Positions 58,439 to 64,000 of a stretch of 64,000 nucleotides of DNA are shown one piece after another (position 1 is the first letter of the stretch; every line of letters begins with the position of its first letter). The DNA lies in contig OZ220733.1 of assembly GCA_965116875.1 (NCBI GenBank), positions 800,001-864,000 of the forward strand, written 5' to 3'. The translations under genes were made by a program, and so were the position numbers. Under the pieces are notes generated by a model that saw only the letters and a program-made list of their open reading frames with translations, did no database searches and was not told where the DNA came from. The DNA comes from Candidatus Latescibacterota bacterium. Lineage in GTDB: Bacteria > Latescibacterota > UBA2968 > GCA-2709665.

Positions 58439-60253
58439 TCAGGCCACCATTGCCAGTTCGGCTTCCTGGTTCCGGTCCATGGAAAATACGACGACACGAC
58501 ACCGGCGACCCTCCACTTCGAGCGTCACGGGGGACTGCTCACGACCGTCGAGAATCACGCGCGAGACCTCCCCGCCGGTCTCGGCGATCATGGTCAGACC
58601 CTCGATCGGCTCAGCGGCCGTCAGCCTGGCGACGGTCCGTTCCGGGCCGCAACTCAGCAGTTCAACCCGCAACGCGTCCCGCGCCTGGACGAAGCGGGAC
58701 CAGTCCTGCAGGCTGCCGGTTTCGATGCCCATCGCCGCCAGCGACGCGTAAACGATATTGGCCGCCTCGAACGTGCGGCGCGGATCGCCCTTTGGCCGGA
58801 TCAGATAACACGGGTGGAAGGTCCCGATATGCGGCACGTGCCAGTGATCGCGGGACTCCACGACCCATCGGACCGCCGCCGCCGCGTACTCCACCTGATC
58901 GAGTCCGAGCGTGCCGACGCCCGGTTCGGTAATGCTCTGCGAATCGTCGAAGGTGCAGGGCTGGAGAAACAGGTCCAGCAGCCCCTCGTCCGGATCGAAA
59001 TAGCGCATGGGCATGGCCGATGCCAGCGAGAACGGTCCGAAGTCGTACCGGTTCATCCTCGGATCGTGGCCGCAGAAGTGAAACGGCATCCGCCAATCAT
59101 TGTCCGTCAGTATCGAAGCGGTCCTGGCGCCCGTCCACTGGCAACCATGGATCACGACGTCGGTCACCGGCAGATCCACTTCATCCGTAAAGCGACGCGC
59201 CTGAGCTTCCATCTCCTTGCGGATGCGTTCGTGTACCCCGTCGTCGAGATCTTTCAAATGGCGGTTGTACGTGAGTGGAAAAATATCCACTTCTATCGAC
59301 ATGAAATGGCCGCGGTCCTGCCACTGGCGGATCACCTTCCCCTCGTACCGGCTTACGGGCGCCCGGAAGAAATTGTGCTTGTGTCCGTACTGTTCCGCCA
59401 GTTCCATCCCTAACGGAGCGCCCTCCTCCCCACACCCGTCCGACTTGAAGAACACGGCCACCCGCCGCGCATCCGGCATGTGCCAGACGCGGGGAACGAT
59501 ACCGCCGTCGTGCAGGTCCAGCAGCAACTCCCGAAACAGGTCCTGGTGAATGTCCGCCAGCGGGTGCTGCCGCGAATGCCGTTCGGCAATCCCGATCAAC
59601 CCGAAGATTTGCCTCGGACCTCGCAGCGGCAGCATCTGAGCCTGCTGTTCCAGAGCCCAGGTGCCGTGTCTGAGTCGCAGCACCGCCCCGACCACGTCGT
59701 AGGCCAGCACAATCGCCCTGCCCCGTTCGATGCGCTTCCGGACAATTGCCGGACCGCTGCGCTTGCCCAGATCGTCGATCAGTGCGGCCAGTTCCTCGCC
59801 GTCGCACGAGACGCTCAGCCCGGTGTCCCGCGGGCAGTATAGGGGCTCCGGCGGTATCGAAAGTCCGGCGGCTGGGTGAACGACGACCCCTCCGTCCAGA
59901 ACCACTTCCGGATCGTCTGTCGGGGGTCCCGAAGCCGCCTGCTTGTTGGGATCGACTTTCTGGGTGGATACCACGGCCCGGCGTTCCACCCCCAGCCCGA
60001 CCGCCAGTTCGCCGCCCGGCACCACCGCCAGCAGCCGCCCGCCGCCGCGAACGTATTCCATCAGGATACCGGACGCGCGTCTTCCAACGGCGCCCCGAAG
60101 CGTCAACACCGCGGCCGCGTCTTTCAAACGGGACGGCTCCACGTCGGACTGTGAGAGGACCTGGAAATGAAACAGACCTTCGGCCTTCAGGATCTCCGGC
60201 GCGAAATCGTGCTCCAGGTTGTCATCGGGTTTGACGACGAGAATCGAGTACAT
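58439..60253 (-). CDS. Hypothetical carbohydrate-active protein (GATase-like plus deacetylase-like)
   Basis: EYVRGGGRL, ERGRAIVLAYD, RVWHMP...FKSDG, IHGCQW, TFHP. Confidence 0.65.
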   Translation of the reverse strand: MYSILVVKPDDNLEHDFAPEILKAEGLFHFQVLSQSDVEPSRLKDAAAVLTLRGAVGRRASGILMEYVRGGGRLLAVVPGGELAVGLGVERRAVVSTQKVDPNKQAASGPPTDDPEVVLDGGVVVHPAAGLSIPPEPLYCPRDTGLSVSCDGEELAALIDDLGKRSGPAIVRKRIERGRAIVLAYDVVGAVLRLRHGTWALEQQAQMLPLRGPRQIFGLIGIAERHSRQHPLADIHQDLFRELLLDLHDGGIVPRVWHMPDARRVAVFFKSDGCGEEGAPLGMELAEQYGHKHNFFRAPVSRYEGKVIRQWQDRGHFMSIEVDIFPLTYNRHLKDLDDGVHERIRKEMEAQARRFTDEVDLPVTDVVIHGCQWTGARTASILTDNDWRMPFHFCGHDPRMNRYDFGPFSLASAMPMRYFDPDEGLLDLFLQPCTFDDSQSITEPGVGTLGLDQVEYAAAAVRWVVESRDHWHVPHIGTFHPCYLIRPKGDPRRTFEAANIVYASLAAMGIETGSLQDWSRFVQARDALRVELLSCGPERTVARLTAAEPIEGLTMIAETGGEVSRVILDGREQSPVTLEVEGRRCRVVVFSMDRNQEAELAMVA

Positions 60254-60339
60254 GGATCTGATCGGTAAGGAATTGGTGGTACGTATACGGGTTCGAAATC
60301 CTGGAATCCTGTTGTAAGCGCAGCGAAAAAACCGCGTCC

Positions 60340-61335
60340 TCAACCCAACTCGACCTCACGACGTTCCGCCGCGGAGAGATAGATCGCATCCAGCAGCGCA
60401 TTGGTTTTCGCCGCTTCGCCAAGCGGGCAGACCGGCTGCCGACCCTCGCGTACCGCGTCGACGAAATCCTGGACGACGGGGCCGTGCACGTTGTCGGCCG
60501 GCGTCAGATCCAGTGCATCGACCTGCCGCCCCACCGTTTTAACCACCTCTCCCGAATCGTATGGATGCCAGTAGACCTTGGCCTCGGTCCCCACTACTTC
60601 GAACTCGTGCCGCCAGGTCTTCGAACTCCAGCTGAACGACGCCGTGACCAATGCTCCGTTCTTCAGTTTCATGACAATGCTCGCACAGTCCTCAACGTCC
60701 CATTTCTGCACCAGGTTCTCACACCGGGCGTACACCGACACCGGCATCCCCAAAAGCCCGATCATCACGTCGAACATGTGCGTGCCCATATCGCTGATGG
60801 GGCCGCCTCCGGAGCGCTCCCTGAAGACGCGCCAGCGTTTCGGATCGTCGGCCGCCGGGCTGAACCAGGAATAGTAGACGATGCGCACCAGGACGACCTG
60901 GCCGAATTCACCGCTCCGGATCATCTCCTGCGCCTGGAGATACGCCGGGAACAGCCGACGAAAATACGAACACCCGGCCAGCCTGTCGCTGCGCCCGGCC
61001 GCGGCGACGGCTCTCGCGCATTCCTCGCCCGTTACGCCCAGGGGCTTTTCCACCAGCACGTGCTTGTCCGCTTCCAGGGCCTGGACAGCGTGGGGCACGT
61101 GCAGCCACACGGGCGTGGCAACGTAGACCGCGTTCGCCGACGTCTTCTCCAGCGCCTCATCCAGATCGGCGTATACCTCCGAAAGGGCGTATTCGGACGC
61201 CAGTGCCCGGGCGTTCTCCTGCACCATATCGCAAACCGCCACCAGTTCCGAATTGGCGGAACCTGCCAGGGCCGCGGCCACCCGCTTCCGGGCGATATCC
61301 CCGGCGCCGACCAGAAGCCACCTCACGTTGTCCAT
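60340..61335 (-). CDS. Gfo/Idh/MocA family oxidoreductase
   Basis: VGAGDIA, VYVATP..LH, KHVLVEKP, GGGPISDMGTH. Confidence 0.94.
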   Translation of the reverse strand: MDNVRWLLVGAGDIARKRVAAALAGSANSELVAVCDMVQENARALASEYALSEVYADLDEALEKTSANAVYVATPVWLHVPHAVQALEADKHVLVEKPLGVTGEECARAVAAAGRSDRLAGCSYFRRLFPAYLQAQEMIRSGEFGQVVLVRIVYYSWFSPAADDPKRWRVFRERSGGGPISDMGTHMFDVMIGLLGMPVSVYARCENLVQKWDVEDCASIVMKLKNGALVTASFSWSSKTWRHEFEVVGTEAKVYWHPYDSGEVVKTVGRQVDALDLTPADNVHGPVVQDFVDAVREGRQPVCPLGEAAKTNALLDAIYLSAAERREVELG

Positions 61336-61358
61336 CAGCCCTCCCAAGCGTTTATTGT

Positions 61359-61628
61359 GGGCGCCCACAAGGGACGCCCCTACAATACGAAACATCCACG
61401 AATTGAACTCTCCGTACTCCCCACCGACGTTGCATTTGTAGGGGCAACCCTTATCAGCCCGTTGAAAAAGTCCATCCGGGCTACGGCCTGCCCTTGCGGT
61501 CGAAATACTGCGTTGCGCTCCCTCGCCGAATCGCAGGATGGGACTCGGTCGCGCGCCTTGTCTTCGACCACAATGGCTCGGCCTCGCCTGCAGAGCGACT
61601 TTTTCAACGGACTGTTATGTGGTTGCCC
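61359..61628. repeat. Pair of GTAG-type REP palindromes; the second is split by a family B MITE
   Basis: gggcgcccacaagggacgcccctac (61359-61383) and gtaggggcaaccc...gtggttgccc (61438-61450 plus 61619-61628). Confidence 0.75.
61455..61614 (+). mobile_element. Family B MITE (160 bp) with perfect TTAT target duplication
   Basis: ttat|cagcccgttgaaaaagtc...gactttttcaacggactg|ttat. Confidence 0.93.
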
Positions 61629-61672
61629 GCGTGGCGGCTGATGGCGGATAGCTGTAATCACGGTTTCTGGTG

Positions 61673-62824
61673 CTATCCCAGGTCCGAAATCGTCTGCTTG
61701 ATCGCCCACGCGATATATTCCAGGTCATCCCCGGTCGTCCCCGGGAACACCGGCGTACTTACAACCTGTTCACAGACCCTGGCCGCCACCGTACATCCGT
61801 CTCCGTTGTACCCGAGTTCCTGAAGGGCTTCCCAGGTCCACAGCGGCGGGTAGTGCTTTGCCGTTCCCAACTGATATCGATCCTTCAGGTGGGCGACGAA
61901 CGCGTCCGTGGTGAACCCCACGGCATCGGTATCCAGCCGGATCACGTGCAGATGGCTCCCGTGGTCGGGGCCGTGACCAGCGGGTAGGATGACCTCGACG
62001 ACGTCCGCAAGCAGCGCATTGAGACGAACCATCCGGTCCCGGCGGTCCTGAATCACCCGGTCGATCTTGGCCAACTGGGTAAGTCCGACCGCGTATTGGG
62101 GTTTGGTCATCCGGTAGTTGAATCCAACGCGCACCACCCGTGTTCCGCTTCCCCCGTAGACGTATCCGAACGTCTTCAGTTGCCGGACCTGCTCCGCGAA
62201 GTCCTCGTCATCCGTGGTCACCGCGCCACCCTCTCCCAGACACGTCATGTTCTTGTTGCTTTGAAAACTGTAACACGAGGCCTTTCCCCGGCCGCCGACG
62301 GGTTCGCCCCGATACCGGGTACCCACGGCATGCGCCGCGTCGTAAATTACCGGAACGCCCGTCTCCTCGGAAATCAGGTCGAACGCGTCCACGTCGCAGG
62401 CGAGGCCGGCAAAGTGCACCGGAATGATCGCCCGGGTGCGCGGCGTGATTTTTTCTCTTACCCTCCCGGGGTCCAGATTCAGACTCACCGGGTCGATATC
62501 CGCAAGGACCACCCGGGCGCCCCTGGCAATCGCGGTCCCGGCCGTACAGACAAACGTGAGTGGAGTTGTGATGACCTCGTCGCCTGCGCCGACGTCCAGC
62601 GCCATCATGCAGCAGTCCAGACCCGTACCGCAGGAATTGACCGCAATCGCCTTGCTCGCGCCCTCGTGCGCGGCGAACGCATTCTGAAAGTCGTTCTCTT
62701 CGGGGAGCGGGAAGAACGTCCCCTCCGACCCGGCGACGCCAACGAGAAGCCGGTTGACAGCATCGACGTCGTCCTGCTCATAGACCCCGCCCATGGAGCC
62801 GAAGGGTACCTCTCGAATTTTCAT
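61673..62824 (-). CDS. DegT/DnrJ/EryC1/StrS aminotransferase
   Basis: AVNSCGTG, GDEVITTPLTF, YDAAHA, YSFQSNKNMT.LGEGG, GFNYRM. Confidence 0.93.
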   Translation of the reverse strand: MKIREVPFGSMGGVYEQDDVDAVNRLLVGVAGSEGTFFPLPEENDFQNAFAAHEGASKAIAVNSCGTGLDCCMMALDVGAGDEVITTPLTFVCTAGTAIARGARVVLADIDPVSLNLDPGRVREKITPRTRAIIPVHFAGLACDVDAFDLISEETGVPVIYDAAHAVGTRYRGEPVGGRGKASCYSFQSNKNMTCLGEGGAVTTDDEDFAEQVRQLKTFGYVYGGSGTRVVRVGFNYRMTKPQYAVGLTQLAKIDRVIQDRRDRMVRLNALLADVVEVILPAGHGPDHGSHLHVIRLDTDAVGFTTDAFVAHLKDRYQLGTAKHYPPLWTWEALQELGYNGDGCTVAARVCEQVVSTPVFPGTTGDDLEYIAWAIKQTISDLG

Positions 62825-63020
62825 AAAACCGGGCGCGGCACCCCCTCTGAACGCGAGAGAAGAACGCGCCCTGCCTCCTTTCCATATCTTGAAATTCGCA
62901 CGGTTTTGCCCGCGTGTCAACGGTGTCCATGCGCGTTCTTCAAGTTAATACCCGGTCACCTTCTGTCAAGCCCAAAGACGCCTGACGACCGCTTCAGATA
63001 TGGGCGCCGTTTCCGGTGAA

Positions 63021-64000
63021 TCAATACCACTTGTGCACGACGTGGCCCCGGTTCGGAAACCAGATTGCGTCCACAAGCATCCCCGCCGTCACGGCGAGGA
63101 TGTATCCCACGAGCATCCCCAGGAAGAAGGGCATCGACCGCCGGTAGAACGCGACCCCGCCTGTCTTCAGCATGATCAGCTTCACCAGCCACGCCACCAG
63201 GAGCGTGGACCCCATGCGACGCGCCGCCGGAATGCCGGACAACGCGAACCCGATCGGGTGCAGCGGCCACCTGGCGAACCGGTAGCGCATCAGATTGACA
63301 AGGACCATCGTCACGGCGCCGATCAGCAGAAACCAGTAGTCGATCGCCTGCATCCTCGCCGGGTTCAGGATCTCGTTTGCCGTCATCCCGTACTGCCATT
63401 CGCCTTCGTGGATGATGAGCCAGTTGGGCCGGAAATTGTACGCGCCCACGTGGTATCCCAGCCAGATCGTGTACAATGTGGAACTGACCACCCCCACGAC
63501 AAATGCCGCGAACACCCCCCAGAAAAGCCGAGGTTTGTCCCTTCCGACGAAATCGCCCAGGCGATTGATCTGAGCCACCAGCGGCATGATGAAGCTCCTC
63601 GGATGGCTGACGGAGAATGACAGCAGGCCGAAGGTCGCGCGGGTGGAAGCATTCAGGGCCCCTGCGCCGCCAACCAGCGCACCTGAGAGTTCCCAGGCGG
63701 ACGCGGGCGGCTGGATATAGATGATTCCGGAATCGGCCACGACCTTGGCCACGAAGAGATAGGCGATGAACATCGTCGGAATCAGCAGGGCAATCATCCC
63801 GGCCTCCACCCCCAGTCGCCCCAGAAATGCCGCGATGTAAATGCAACCGGCCAGGAGGCCGATCAGCGCTGCTCGATAAGACAGGAACTCACGACCGGCT
63901 CCGGGCGAAGACCCGCGCGCCCCAAGCGCGCTCCGGACGACTTCGCGCAGGTGATGCCGGGAGATCCAGAGCCACCAGAAGACAAGCGACACGAACGCTC
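63021..64000 (-). CDS. DUF6785/DUF6784-type polytopic membrane protein (putative transporter), 5' end outside the window
   Basis: E.LSYR.A..G, KVVADSG, WPLHPIGF, AWLVK...LKTGG..FYRR..PFFLG. Confidence 0.8.
   Translation of the reverse strand, partial: AFVSLVFWWLWISRHHLREVVRSALGARGSSPGAGREFLSYRAALIGLLAGCIYIAAFLGRLGVEAGMIALLIPTMFIAYLFVAKVVADSGIIYIQPPASAWELSGALVGGAGALNASTRATFGLLSFSVSHPRSFIMPLVAQINRLGDFVGRDKPRLFWGVFAAFVVGVVSSTLYTIWLGYHVGAYNFRPNWLIIHEGEWQYGMTANEILNPARMQAIDYWFLLIGAVTMVLVNLMRYRFARWPLHPIGFALSGIPAARRMGSTLLVAWLVKLIMLKTGGVAFYRRSMPFFLGMLVGYILAVTAGMLVDAIWFPNRGHVVHKWY

Noticed and set aside
1-64000. tRNA, rRNA, integrase or autonomous transposase
   Set aside because: None recognised by eye; tRNAscan-SE, Infernal and ISEScan would be needed to exclude them formally.

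Overview
GC-rich bacterial chromosome segment. FlgD/T9SS-like C-terminal domains, a short Bacteroidetes-type sigma70, a PDFDGD dockerin-like motif and a DUF6785-type protein suggest an FCB-group candidate lineage such as Latescibacterota or Gemmatimonadota (inference only). From left to right: two paralogous atypical receiver-AraC regulators; a minus-strand surface-glycan operon (Wzi, O-antigen ligase/Wzy, GT2, DegT, WecA/MraY, Wzx, sulfotransferase, two GT4, epimerase, GT-C) ending in a ~1,920-aa C25/PorU-like protease; a divergently transcribed PVM-like bacterial microcompartment (BMC) locus (PduL, 2 BMC-H, 3 BMC-P, aldehyde dehydrogenase, class II aldolase, acetate kinase) with an embedded GT-C membrane gene; housekeeping and envelope genes (HtrA, sigma70, DUF2723, rhomboid, M23, PpiD); and carbohydrate-catabolic genes interrupted by a decayed MNT-HEPN / AAA-nuclease / XRE islet. 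Two MITE families (162 bp and 160 bp) plus REP-like palindromes are scattered throughout and are densest in the BMC locus. One 162-bp copy sits in-frame in a signal peptide, and its terminal repeats co-vary within each copy. No rRNA, tRNA, CRISPR array or intact transposase was recognised. Product calls rest on motif recognition by eye, not on database searches.
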